From contig JBFKPJ010000001.1 in assembly GCA_041628355.1 (NCBI GenBank), positions 13,909 through 77,908 of the forward strand: a DNA stretch of 64,000 nt. The letters are read 5' to 3'. The notes beneath the pieces were generated by a model. That model was not told the DNA's origin. It did no database searches and saw only the letters and a list, made by a program, of their open reading frames with translations. This DNA comes from Muriicola sp. Its GTDB lineage: Bacteria; Bacteroidota; Bacteroidia; Flavobacteriales; Flavobacteriaceae. The translations under genes were made by a program, and so were the position numbers. Shown here one piece after another: positions 30,222 to 40,188 of this stretch. Numbering within the stretch: the first letter of the stretch is position 1; the number at the start of each line of letters is the position of its first letter.

Positions 30222-32690
30222 TTGAACCCCCTCAGGTTATTACTGTTCCCCGCTTTTTTTTGTGTTGCCTGTGCCGTGATGGGCCAAACAGCAACGATCA
30301 CAGGAGTGGTCCTCGACCAGGAGAGCCGCCCCCTGAGCGATGTCAGTATCCTTTCAGGAAACAGGGGAACGATCTCAGGTAATGACGGGTTCTACGAGTT
30401 GGAGGTGGAATCGGAAAAAGTACTGACAATCATATTTTCCCATATCGGCCATCAGCAGATAGAGCTCAGGGAACTCATCCTGACCACGAATCAGGTCTTC
30501 GCCTTTAACCCGGTCATGAAGACCGATGCTATTCAAATTGACAGCGTGGAGGTCACCGCCATGGGTGCCAAGTCCATTTCCGGGATCTCCAACCTTTCTC
30601 CGGAGCTGGTACAAAAGATCCCCGGGGTAAATGCAGGGGTCGAAAACCTTCTCAAACTCTTGCCGGGAGTATTTTCAAACAACGAGCTGAGTACACAATA
30701 CGGGGTCAGGGGTGGCAATTACGACGAGAACCTCGTTTATGTCAACGGCATCGAAGTCTACAGGCCTCAATTGCTCAGGTCAGCACAGCAGGAAGGCTTC
30801 AGTTATGTGAATAGCAGCATGGTGGAAAGCCTGCACTTTTCTCCGGGAGGGTTTCAGGCGCGGTATGGGGATAAGTTGTCTTCCGTGCTCGATATTACCT
30901 ACAAGACGCCCACCCGTTTCGCCCTTCAGGCCGAAGCCAGCCTGCTGGGTCTTGGAACCACTTTGGAAACCCGGTCCGGGGACAAAAAATTTACCACCCT
31001 TACCGGCTTCCGTTACCGTGATAACAGCCTGATCGTAAACAGCCAGCAGACCAGATCCAGCTTCAATCCCCTTTTTACAGACCTGCAAAGCGTACTCACG
31101 TATCGCTTTACCTCCCGGTTCCACCTCCATTTCCTTGGATACCTGGGGCTTAACAGGTACCGAAACCGACCTGTATCGAGGCAGACCAATTTCGGCACCC
31201 TGGCCGATCCAAGGGCCTTGCAGGTCTTTTACCTGGGGAGGGAAGAGAATTCCTTTTCAACGGGGATGGGAGCCATTAAAGCCGATATCTTTCCCAATAA
31301 GTCCCTCTCCCTGAGCTTCTATTCGGCTATCAACCACACCCTGGAGGAAGAATACTCCGATGTAGTGGCACAGTATGAGCTTGGGGAAATAGATACGAAC
31401 CTGGGGAGTGGCAACCTGGGCGAAGTGACCTCTTCCCGGGGTATCGGTTCCCAGTACAACCGAGCCAGGAATGACCTCGACGCCCTGATCCTCACCTGGT
31501 CTCACCAGGGAAGCTACCGGAAGGAGAATGCCCAGCTTTCCTGGGGGTTAAAATATTCATACGAGGATGTGCGAGACCAGATCCGGGAATCCGAATTCAT
31601 TGATTCGGCCGGGTTTTTTATCAGGCCCCCCAGGGAGGAATTCGTCAACAATCAACCGGTAGAACCCTTCACAGCCCCCCTGGTGGCTTACAATGCGGTA
31701 AGTGCTCGCAACTTTACCCAAACGAGCAGACTGCAGGGATTTATCCAATTTACTGACAGGCTGGCCCTGGATAAACACGATCTTACCTATACCCTGGGCG
31801 TAAGGTCCCATCATTGGGTACTCCAGGGAGATGGGATTGAAAGAAAAGCACAATGGGCCCTCAGTCCGCGTGTGCAGGTCTCCTTCAAACCGGACTGGGG
31901 GAAGGACATCCTTTTCAGAATGTCTTCAGGTGTCTACCAGCAACCTCCCTTTTACAGGGAACTCAGGAATGCGGAGGGGGTGATCATACCCGATGTGGAG
32001 GCCCAGAAATCTGTTCATTTCGTGCTGGGGACCGAGTACAGTTTCAGGCTCTGGGACCGGCCTTTCAACCTTCAATCCGAAGTGTATTACAAAAGCCTGT
32101 GGGATGTCAACACCTATACACTGGAGGATGTCCGCATACGTTACGTGGCCAACAATGATGCCCAGGCATATGCCTACGGAGCCGACATGAGGCTCTATGG
32201 CGCTTTTGTCCCCGGGACGGAATCCTGGATCAGCCTGGGATTTTTAAAAACCATGGAGAACTGGGATGGCAGGGGATATATCCCGAGGCCTTCGGATCAG
32301 CGATTCAAAGCCGCTATTCTTTGGCAGGATTATGTTCCTGACCTCCCCCAACTGAAGATGTATCTGAACCTCGTCTACAGCACCGGAGTACCGGGAGGTT
32401 CACCCAGCTATTCGGACCCCTATGTCTTCCAGAACAGATTGAGGGACTACAAACGGGCCGATTTGGGAATTTCTCATATTTTTGTAGACGAAAATACATC
32501 CCTCAGAGCGGGGCACTGGTTGGGGACTTGCAAGGAATTGCAATTGGGATTGGAGATCTTCAACCTGTTCAACAACCAGAATTCCATCACCAATACCTGG
32601 GTGAGAGATGTGGACAGCAAAGGTGAATTTGCAGTTCCCAATTTCATGACCGCCAGGGTCCTGAACGTAAAATTAAGAATGAGATTTTAA
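30222..32690 (+). CDS. TonB-dependent receptor-like outer membrane protein with N-terminal CarboxypepD_reg-like domain
   Basis: Probable TTG start at 30222; signal peptide, plug motif VRGGNYDEN, C-terminal Phe. Confidence 0.85.
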   Translation: MNPLRLLLFPAFFCVACAVMGQTATITGVVLDQESRPLSDVSILSGNRGTISGNDGFYELEVESEKVLTIIFSHIGHQQIELRELILTTNQVFAFNPVMKTDAIQIDSVEVTAMGAKSISGISNLSPELVQKIPGVNAGVENLLKLLPGVFSNNELSTQYGVRGGNYDENLVYVNGIEVYRPQLLRSAQQEGFSYVNSSMVESLHFSPGGFQARYGDKLSSVLDITYKTPTRFALQAEASLLGLGTTLETRSGDKKFTTLTGFRYRDNSLIVNSQQTRSSFNPLFTDLQSVLTYRFTSRFHLHFLGYLGLNRYRNRPVSRQTNFGTLADPRALQVFYLGREENSFSTGMGAIKADIFPNKSLSLSFYSAINHTLEEEYSDVVAQYELGEIDTNLGSGNLGEVTSSRGIGSQYNRARNDLDALILTWSHQGSYRKENAQLSWGLKYSYEDVRDQIRESEFIDSAGFFIRPPREEFVNNQPVEPFTAPLVAYNAVSARNFTQTSRLQGFIQFTDRLALDKHDLTYTLGVRSHHWVLQGDGIERKAQWALSPRVQVSFKPDWGKDILFRMSSGVYQQPPFYRELRNAEGVIIPDVEAQKSVHFVLGTEYSFRLWDRPFNLQSEVYYKSLWDVNTYTLEDVRIRYVANNDAQAYAYGADMRLYGAFVPGTESWISLGFLKTMENWDGRGYIPRPSDQRFKAAILWQDYVPDLPQLKMYLNLVYSTGVPGGSPSYSDPYVFQNRLRDYKRADLGISHIFVDENTSLRAGHWLGTCKELQLGLEIFNLFNNQNSITNTWVRDVDSKGEFAVPNFMTARVLNVKLRMRF

Positions 32691-32694
32691 TTAA

Positions 32695-33336
32695 ATGAAC
32701 CCTATTAAAAAGTTCTTGCCGGCCCTTTTCCTACTGCAGGTATTTCTCCTGAGTGGGCAGAAGAACATTTACGAGAGTGACAGGTTTGAGGACCTGAGTA
32801 CCGACCATAAGATCCTGGCCATCATCCCTTTTTTCACCAATCTCGAACTCAAGGAAAACGAAAACGGGGCAGACCTGAAAAAGCTGGAAGAGCGGGAAGG
32901 ATATGCGGTACAGGATGCCCTGGAGACCTATTTCGGCAGGGGCAAGAAAAGGAAAAAATTCTCAGTGGATTTTCAGAATACCAAGAACACCAACGCCATC
33001 CTCGCTCAGCATGAAATCGACTATTCGAACATCGACACCTACACCATCAAACAGCTTAGCGAGATCCTCGAGGTAGATGGCATCGTCAGTGGAAACATGG
33101 ACCTGAACATCCTGCTTTCCGAAGGGATCCCATCAGATTTCAGTTTTATCGATTACCTCCTGGGCGATGCAAATTACGGCAGGATCGGCATCAAGGTCAG
33201 CGACGGGAAGACCGGGAAATTACTCTGGAAATACGAAAAGGAGATCAATAAGAAATCAGGTCGCAACACTACCGACCTGATCGAATCCATGATGAAAAAA
33301 GCGACGAGGAAGTTCCCTTATGACAAGGAACGTTAG
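32695..33336 (+). CDS. Conserved hypothetical secreted protein
   Basis: 213-aa ORF with signal peptide, 4 nt after the receptor gene. Confidence 0.8.
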   Translation: MNPIKKFLPALFLLQVFLLSGQKNIYESDRFEDLSTDHKILAIIPFFTNLELKENENGADLKKLEEREGYAVQDALETYFGRGKKRKKFSVDFQNTKNTNAILAQHEIDYSNIDTYTIKQLSEILEVDGIVSGNMDLNILLSEGIPSDFSFIDYLLGDANYGRIGIKVSDGKTGKLLWKYEKEINKKSGRNTTDLIESMMKKATRKFPYDKER

Positions 33337-34502
33337 GTGATCATCGGAGCCTTTTCGTCTTTGCTGAATTCCTTCAGCACGCCCACCGTATAATCTATTT
33401 CATCCTTTGTATTGTAAATGGAGAACGAGAACCTGATGGACGGGTATTTTTGCTCCTCTTCGGTCAGGATCTGGGACAGGACGTGAGAGCCGGAGTCGCT
33501 GCCCGACTGACAGGCGCTTCCCTTGGAACAAGCGATCCCTTTGATATCTAAATGGAACAACAGCATCAAGGCCTTTTCCTGGGAGATGGGCAACCTCACA
33601 TTGACCAAAGTGTAGGTGCTTTTTTCCATATCCCCCGAGAGCCCGTTGAATTTGGCATCCGGGAAGGCATTTAGGATGGAGTCTATAAAATACTTTTTCA
33701 GGGAAGCGACATACTTGCTTTCCTCTTCCAGGTTGTCATAGGCGAGAACAAAGGCTTCTTCCAGGCCTACGATATTGTGGAAGGGCTCCGTACCGGCGCG
33801 GTAACCCCTTTCCTGTGCCCCACCCACGATCATGGGTTTCAGGCCCGAATTCTTTCGGATATAGGCAAAACCGACCCCTTTGGGACCGTGGAATTTATGG
33901 GCAGCGGCCGTCATGAAGTCGATCGGCAGTGCCTGTACGTCCCATGCAAAATGGCCTATGGACTGTACCGTGTCTGAGTGCAGATATGCCCCATGATCCC
34001 TGCACAAGTCAGAGACGGTTTCCATATCTATCTTGTTGCCTATCTCGTTGTTGATATGCATCAGGCTCACCAGTTTCTTCCCCTTTTCAGTCTCCAGCAG
34101 GGTTTTCAGGTGTTCCAGATCCGGATTCCCATCGGGCCTGAGGCGGAGATAACACACCTTCACTCCGGCCTGGGATTCGAGTTCCTCTACGGTATACAGA
34201 ACCGCGTGGTGTTCCAGCCGGGAGGTGATGATAGTATCCACGCCAAGGTCGCGTACCGCGCACCTGAGGATCATATTGTCTGCCTCTGTTCCCCCCGATG
34301 TAAATATGATCTCCGAAGGCTGGGCGTTCAGATATTTTGCTATGGTTTTTCGCGCCGTTTCTATAGCGGTCTTAGCCGTCCTCCCGAAACCATGGGTCGA
34401 TGAGGGGTTTCCGTAGCAATTGGCCAGGGCCGACTGCATCTTCTCTATCACTTCATCCCTGACACGGGTGGTAGCTGCATTATCCAGGTAGATTTGTTTC
34501 AT
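33333..34502 (-). CDS. Cysteine desulfurase (IscS/NifS family)
   Basis: IYLDNAATT, FTSGGTEADN, AHKFHGPKG, SKGSAC. Confidence 0.95.
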   Translation of the reverse strand: MKQIYLDNAATTRVRDEVIEKMQSALANCYGNPSSTHGFGRTAKTAIETARKTIAKYLNAQPSEIIFTSGGTEADNMILRCAVRDLGVDTIITSRLEHHAVLYTVEELESQAGVKVCYLRLRPDGNPDLEHLKTLLETEKGKKLVSLMHINNEIGNKIDMETVSDLCRDHGAYLHSDTVQSIGHFAWDVQALPIDFMTAAAHKFHGPKGVGFAYIRKNSGLKPMIVGGAQERGYRAGTEPFHNIVGLEEAFVLAYDNLEEESKYVASLKKYFIDSILNAFPDAKFNGLSGDMEKSTYTLVNVRLPISQEKALMLLFHLDIKGIACSKGSACQSGSDSGSHVLSQILTEEEQKYPSIRFSFSIYNTKDEIDYTVGVLKEFSKDEKAPMIT

Positions 34503-34615
34503 GATCACTCCTCCTAATGAAAACCGGTCCAAAAATACAGGAAAATAACTAAAATCTCACGGATGGGGGAAGATTCCCATAGGTTTTTCCTCTTTATTTG
34601 TCTTACATTTGAGGC

Positions 34616-35122
34616 ATGAAGAAATTCCTGCTTCTCATGCTTTTTGCCCTCTTCTGCGGCTGCAGTGACGGGGACCTGCAGATAGAGTCCATCGACTTTG
34701 ACAATGTTTCCATCCAGACCTGTGAAAGCACCGTAACCACCGGTTCTACTTTATTTTTCAAGATCAATGGGGATGAAAGCCTGATCCTCGAATTGCAGGG
34801 GGGCATCCTCCAGAACCAGGAATCACAGGACACATTGGTGAGCATTATTCCCGGGCAGAGCCAATTGATCTACCGGATCTTTTCGGCCACGGTTTCCAAG
34901 AATTATTTCTGCGATGCCATCCCCCCGGCAGAGCCAACCGTTCAGGAGGAGATAGAGGCAGTTAGCGGGGAAGTTTTGGTCAATACCATCAGGAACGTTT
35001 CAGATACCACCCTTTTTGAACACACTATTTTGCTAAGGGACGTGACCCTGATCAACGAACAGGGGGAACGGATTACCGATACCAGCATCAACGATTTCGG
35101 TACCGTATCCACCAGGGAATGA
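34616..35122 (+). CDS. Hypothetical lipoprotein
   Basis: Lipobox-type leader ...LFCGC followed by acidic SDGD. Confidence 0.8.
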   Translation: MKKFLLLMLFALFCGCSDGDLQIESIDFDNVSIQTCESTVTTGSTLFFKINGDESLILELQGGILQNQESQDTLVSIIPGQSQLIYRIFSATVSKNYFCDAIPPAEPTVQEEIEAVSGEVLVNTIRNVSDTTLFEHTILLRDVTLINEQGERITDTSINDFGTVSTRE

Positions 35123-35680
35123 TCATCCCTCCTTGGGGTTTTGAAGGATATAGGCTTCGGTTGCCCCCATGCCGTACTTCTGGTAATCGGCATCGTAATA
35201 ATTGATCTGTGGATATCTTCTCAGCAGAAAGCCCAGTTCTTCCTTCAGGACACCGGCACCTACCCCATGTATAAAGACCACTTTCCGGATATTTTTCCGG
35301 AGGGCAAATTCCAGTTGCCTCTTGGCGGTGTCCATCTGGATGTTCAGCATGTCGTAATTGCTCATTCCCCTGGCGTCCGGAACCAGTTGATGGATATGCA
35401 GGTCGACCTCCATGGCTGGGACATCGCGTTCCTTTTTCCTGGAGACCTTCACACCCGGTTTCCTGTCCAGTTCCTTTTCCAGGCGGGAGGCATTGACCTC
35501 ATCGGGGCTCACCCGTATCCCCTCCTGTTCCTCTATAAGAAGGATCTCCTGGGGGGAAAATTCCAGTTCAAAACCATCGGAGGTCCTGACCCTTACCGAA
35601 TTTTGCCCGGTTCCCACCACGATCCCTTCAATGGAATCATCCAGGACCTGTACCCTGTCGCCTACCTTGATTTTTGCCAT
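35123..35680 (-). CDS. Smr/MutS2-domain protein
   Basis: KOW-like KVGDRV, EVDLHI, VVFIHGVGAGVLK, GMGAT. Confidence 0.9.
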   Translation of the reverse strand: MAKIKVGDRVQVLDDSIEGIVVGTGQNSVRVRTSDGFELEFSPQEILLIEEQEGIRVSPDEVNASRLEKELDRKPGVKVSRKKERDVPAMEVDLHIHQLVPDARGMSNYDMLNIQMDTAKRQLEFALRKNIRKVVFIHGVGAGVLKEELGFLLRRYPQINYYDADYQKYGMGATEAYILQNPKEG

Positions 35681-35764
35681 TTCCTGAAGAAAATAAAGCC
35701 GGGTTTTGTTTTCATTCCCTAAAAATAATAGTATTTTTCGGAAGGAGATCGTAAATCTTTACCC

Positions 35765-36064
35765 GTGAATCTGGTACCTTTCCTGTTTGCCGCCAAGGAC
35801 CTGATGCTTCCCTGTCTCAGCAAGCAACTCCTGGGCATGGAATGTCCCGGTTGCGGTATCCAACGGTCCGTGTGGCTGTTATTTCAGGGAGAATTTGTGG
35901 CCGCCTTCAAGATGTATCCGGCCGTCTATCCCATCCTCGGGCTATTTGCCTTCCTCCTGCTCGACCGATTCTTCAGGATCAAACACTCCAATACTATCAG
36001 CATCGTTCTCATGCTTATGAGCGTGGTGATGATCCTGGCCAATTTTCTATATAAAATCCTCTAA
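35765..36064 (+). CDS. DUF2752 domain membrane protein
   Basis: PC...LLGMECPGCGIQRS motif; GTG start. Confidence 0.88.
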   Translation: MNLVPFLFAAKDLMLPCLSKQLLGMECPGCGIQRSVWLLFQGEFVAAFKMYPAVYPILGLFAFLLLDRFFRIKHSNTISIVLMLMSVVMILANFLYKIL

Positions 36065-36076
36065 CCAAAACTTTTT

Positions 36077-36409
36077 ATGGAACAACAAAAACTACCCAAC
36101 GTAACCATTGCTATTGTCCTTGCCATTTTATCGTATCTGTGTTGTTGTATCTACGGAATCCCCGCCATCATCATGTCGGGAATAGGCCTGTATCTCGTCA
36201 AGAAAGACGAGAAGACCCTGATGGAGAACCCGGACGGATATTCCAATCAGGGACAGCTCAGGACCGCCAAGATCCTGGTCATCATAGGGCTGGTACTCGG
36301 GATCCTGTACCTGTTCTGGACCATCTACCAGATCCAGGCCATGGGTGGCTGGGAAGAAGCTATGCGAAGGTCCCAGGAAATCATGGAGCAATTCGGCATT
36401 GAAGAATAA
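36077..36409 (+). CDS. CCC-motif membrane protein
   Basis: MEQQKLPN...SYLCCC...YSNQGQLRTAKIL. Confidence 0.85.
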   Translation: MEQQKLPNVTIAIVLAILSYLCCCIYGIPAIIMSGIGLYLVKKDEKTLMENPDGYSNQGQLRTAKILVIIGLVLGILYLFWTIYQIQAMGGWEEAMRRSQEIMEQFGIEE

Positions 36410-36426
36410 CTAAAAAAAAACAGATC

Positions 36427-36735
36427 ATGAATCAACAATCACTCCCCGGAGCCAGCAACGCGCTGACGATGGGTATACTTTCCGTAGTACTCACCCTGCT
36501 TTGCTGCGGGCCTTTTGGGATCATTTTTACGATCCTTGGACTGAGCAGTGCCAGTAAGGCAGAACGGCTCTACAGGGAAAATCCGGGTATGTACACGGGA
36601 TATGAGAATGTGAAGACGGGAAGGGTCCTGTCTTATGTAGGACTTGCCCTAGCCTTGCTCTACCTCCTTTTCATTATCCTCTACTTCGGGGCGATCATCG
36701 CCCTGATAACGGCAGGAGAGTTTGATAACTTCTAA
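36427..36735 (+). CDS. CCC-motif / DUF4190-like membrane protein (paralog of the previous gene)
   Basis: MNQQSLPGA...LLCCGPFG...YTGYENVKTGRVL. Confidence 0.85.
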   Translation: MNQQSLPGASNALTMGILSVVLTLLCCGPFGIIFTILGLSSASKAERLYRENPGMYTGYENVKTGRVLSYVGLALALLYLLFIILYFGAIIALITAGEFDNF

Positions 36736-36738
36736 AAG

Positions 36739-36770
36739 AAAACCCCCGGCAATCCGGGGGTTTTTTATTT
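36739..36770. terminator. Bidirectional intrinsic terminator between convergent genes
   Basis: AAAACCCCCGG-CAAT-CCGGGGGTTTTTT. Confidence 0.9.
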
Positions 36771-36787
36771 AATATTCTGAGGTTTTT

Positions 36788-38992
36788 TCAGTTGGCCACT
36801 TCACTCATGAACTTTAGGCGGTACAGCCGGAGTTCCTCGTCCTCATAATCCCCGTTGAACTCCTTCATAGCGGTCTCGATGTTGTCTGTCTCCGCATCCA
36901 GGAAGTAATCGTGGATCTCTTCCTGCTGATCCTCGTCGAGGATCTCGTCTATCCAGTAATCGATATTGAGCTTGGTCCCGCTGAAGACGATCTGTTCCAT
37001 TTCCTTGACCAGTTCGGAGATCTCCAGCCCTTTGGCGGCAGCGATATCATCCAGGGGCAATTTGCGGTCAATGTTCTGTATGATGTAGAGCTTGAGTCCG
37101 GAATTGGCTCCCGTGCTCTTGACCACCAGGTCATCCGGACGAACGATGTCGTGTTCCTCCACATATTCTTCGATCAGCTGGAGAAAAGGCTGTCCAAATT
37201 TTTTCGCCTTCCCTTCCCCCACCCCGTGGATGGTGATCATCTCTTCCATACTGATGGGGTACTTCAAAGCCATGTCCTCAAGAGAAGGATCCTGGAAGAC
37301 CACAAAGGGAGGTACATCGAGCTTTTTGGCCTCTTTCCGCCTGAGGTCCTTCAACAACTTCAACAATTGCTCGTCTGCTACCCCGGCTGATTTTTTTGCC
37401 GCGCTAACGATCGCATTGTCCGTCTCCTCGTTGTACACGTGGTCCTTGGTCATCATGAACGAGGTAGGATTTTCCATGAATTTCTCCCCTTCCTCTGTGA
37501 CATGAAGTATGCCGTACTGTTCGATCTCCTTACTCAGGAATCCCGCCACGAGGGCCTGCCGGATCAAAGCCATCCAGTATTCCTTCGGATGCTCGTTCCC
37601 GCTGCCAAAAAAGTCCTTCCCGTCTATCTTGTGGGATGCGATCAGGGCATTGGTAGAACCGATCAGGGTCTTTACGATCTCTTTGGACCTGAATTTCTCG
37701 TTGGTCGCCCTGATGACCTTCAGCAGCTTGTGCAGGCTGTCCCTGGCTTCCTCTTTTTCTTTGGGGTTCCTGGCATTGTCATCCATATCGGCACCTTCCC
37801 CGTTCACCTCATCGAACTCTTCCCCGAAATAGTGGAGTATGAATTTCCGCCTGGAGATGGAGGTCTCGGCGTAGGCGACGATCTCCTGCAGGAGGGCGTT
37901 TCCGATCTCCTGTTCCGCTACCGGTTTTCCGGACATGAATTTTTCGAGTTTTTCAACGTCCTTGTAGGAATAAAAGGCGAGGCAATGCCCCTCTCCCCCG
38001 TCCCGGCCGGCCCTTCCGGTTTCCTGGTAGTAGCTTTCAATACTCTTGGGGATATCGTGGTGGATCACATAGCGAACATCCGGCTTGTCGATCCCCATCC
38101 CGAAGGCGATGGTAGCGACCACCACATCCACATCCTCCATGAGGAACATGTCCTGGTACTTGGACCTTGTCTTGCTGTCGAAGCCGGCGTGATACGGCAC
38201 GGCACTGACCCCGTTCACTTGCAGCATCTGTGCGAGCTCTTCCACTTTTTTACGGCTGAGACAGTAGATGATCCCTGACTTTCCGGGATTCTTCTTGACG
38301 AAACGGATGATATCCGCATCCACGTTCTTGGTCTTGGGCCTTACTTCATAGAACAGGTTGGGGCGGTTAAAGGAGGCCTTGAACAGTGCGGCATCCTGTA
38401 TCGCCAGGTTTTTGACGATATCTTCCTGTACCTTGGGCGTGGCGGTAGCCGTAAGCCCAATGATGGGAATATCATTCCCGAGCCGGTCTATGATAGGTCT
38501 CAAATTGCGGTATTCGGGTCTGAAATCGTGTCCCCACTCCGAGATGCAGTGGGCTTCGTCTATGGCGACAAAGGAGATCTTTACCGACTGAAGGAACTTG
38601 ATATACTCTTCCTTGGTCAGGGATTCCGGGGCGACATACAACAGTTTCGTGACCCCGTCCAGAATATCCTGCTTAACCTGTTTTACCTCCGATTTGTTCA
38701 GGGAGGAGTTCAGTACGTGGGCAACCCCGTCCTCATTGGTGGAAATACCGCGCAGGGCATCCACCTGATTCTTCATCAACGCGATGAGGGGGGAGACCAC
38801 GATGGCCGTTCCGTCCTTGAGCAAGGCCGGCAACTGGTAGCACAGGGATTTTCCACCCCCTGTAGGCATGATCACAAAGGTGTTGTTCCCTTCGATCACA
38901 TTTTTGATCACTTTTTCCTGAAGGCCCTTAAATGAAGAAAAACCAAAGTATTTTTTAAGAGAGGTCTGCAGTTCCGTATCATTCAATACCAT
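36788..38992 (-). CDS. recQ: ATP-dependent DNA helicase RecQ
   Basis: MPTGGGKSLCYQ, DEAHC, YYQETGRAGRDG, RQC winged helix, HRDC, Bacteroidetes C-terminal extension. Confidence 0.96.
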   Translation of the reverse strand: MVLNDTELQTSLKKYFGFSSFKGLQEKVIKNVIEGNNTFVIMPTGGGKSLCYQLPALLKDGTAIVVSPLIALMKNQVDALRGISTNEDGVAHVLNSSLNKSEVKQVKQDILDGVTKLLYVAPESLTKEEYIKFLQSVKISFVAIDEAHCISEWGHDFRPEYRNLRPIIDRLGNDIPIIGLTATATPKVQEDIVKNLAIQDAALFKASFNRPNLFYEVRPKTKNVDADIIRFVKKNPGKSGIIYCLSRKKVEELAQMLQVNGVSAVPYHAGFDSKTRSKYQDMFLMEDVDVVVATIAFGMGIDKPDVRYVIHHDIPKSIESYYQETGRAGRDGGEGHCLAFYSYKDVEKLEKFMSGKPVAEQEIGNALLQEIVAYAETSISRRKFILHYFGEEFDEVNGEGADMDDNARNPKEKEEARDSLHKLLKVIRATNEKFRSKEIVKTLIGSTNALIASHKIDGKDFFGSGNEHPKEYWMALIRQALVAGFLSKEIEQYGILHVTEEGEKFMENPTSFMMTKDHVYNEETDNAIVSAAKKSAGVADEQLLKLLKDLRRKEAKKLDVPPFVVFQDPSLEDMALKYPISMEEMITIHGVGEGKAKKFGQPFLQLIEEYVEEHDIVRPDDLVVKSTGANSGLKLYIIQNIDRKLPLDDIAAAKGLEISELVKEMEQIVFSGTKLNIDYWIDEILDEDQQEEIHDYFLDAETDNIETAMKEFNGDYEDEELRLYRLKFMSEVAN

Positions 38993-39222
38993 TCCCAAAA
39001 TGTTTACTTAATCCCACTGGCATATGGATTCATCTGCTCCACAATAAGCTTTTATCAACTACAAGGTTGTTCAGGGCCGCAGTAGTATTTTCTCGAAGTA
39101 TAAGAATACCCTATTAATAAGTTTGCGTAATTTTGTTTTCTTAAATATAATACATTCTTTTAGATTGATATTACCCTTTGAGATAAAATCTGCAATCCGT
39201 ATCACGAAATTCTCACCCTGTC

Positions 39223-40188
39223 TTGAGCAAGAGTAAAGCCATACTGGAACTGGCAAAAAAAACCATAGAAAACGAAGGCGATGCCATCCTCAGCCTGGCC
39301 TCCCTCATCGATCAGCAATTTGCGGATGCCGTGGAATGTATCTATCACGGAGAGGGAAGAGTGGTGATCACGGGTATAGGCAAAAGTGCGCTGATCGCTT
39401 CCAAGATCGTCGCCACCCTCAACTCCACCGGAACCCCGGCCATTTTCATGCACGCCGCGGATGCCATCCACGGGGATCTCGGCACCATTCAGCAGAAGGA
39501 CGTCGTGATCTGTATCTCCAAGAGCGGGAACACCCCTGAGATCAAATTGCTGGTGCCCCTGATCAAGTCGGGAGGCAATAGACTGATCGCCATTACGGGC
39601 AATATGGGATCCTATCTGGCCGAACAGGCCGAATTTGTCCTGAATACCTATGTGGAAAAAGAGGCCTGTCCGAACAACCTGGCCCCTACCACAAGTACCA
39701 CAGCCCAGCTGGTCATGGGCGATGCCCTCGCCATCTGCCTGCTTGAACTCCGCGGATTCAGTTCCCGTGACTTTGCCAAGTTCCACCCCGGGGGGACCCT
39801 GGGCAAAAAACTATACCTGAGGGTGGCGGACATCGCTTCCAAGAATATGGTGCCCCAGGTGCAGGATCATTCTCCGGTGAAGGAAGTGATCGTAGAGATC
39901 TCTGAAAAAATGCTGGGTGTAGCCGCCGTTCTGAGCAAGGGAAAACTAGTGGGAGTGGTCACGGACGGGGATATCCGCCGCATGCTCAACAAATACGAAA
40001 ACATCAACGGGCTCACCGCCAAGGACATCATGAGTACCCAGCCCAAAACCATAGAGCCCGATGTACTGGCCGTAAAAGCGCTCAAGGAAATGCAGTCTAA
40101 TGAAATTTCCCAGTTGCTGGTGGAAAAAGACGGAAAGTACATGGGCGTGGTCCATCTCCACAACCTCATAAACGAAGGCATCCTGTAA
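39223..40188 (+). CDS. kdsD: KpsF/GutQ family arabinose-5-phosphate isomerase (KdsD-like)
   Basis: TGIGKS, HGDLG, APTTST, FHPGGTLG, tandem CBS domains. Confidence 0.9.
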   Translation: MSKSKAILELAKKTIENEGDAILSLASLIDQQFADAVECIYHGEGRVVITGIGKSALIASKIVATLNSTGTPAIFMHAADAIHGDLGTIQQKDVVICISKSGNTPEIKLLVPLIKSGGNRLIAITGNMGSYLAEQAEFVLNTYVEKEACPNNLAPTTSTTAQLVMGDALAICLLELRGFSSRDFAKFHPGGTLGKKLYLRVADIASKNMVPQVQDHSPVKEVIVEISEKMLGVAAVLSKGKLVGVVTDGDIRRMLNKYENINGLTAKDIMSTQPKTIEPDVLAVKALKEMQSNEISQLLVEKDGKYMGVVHLHNLINEGIL

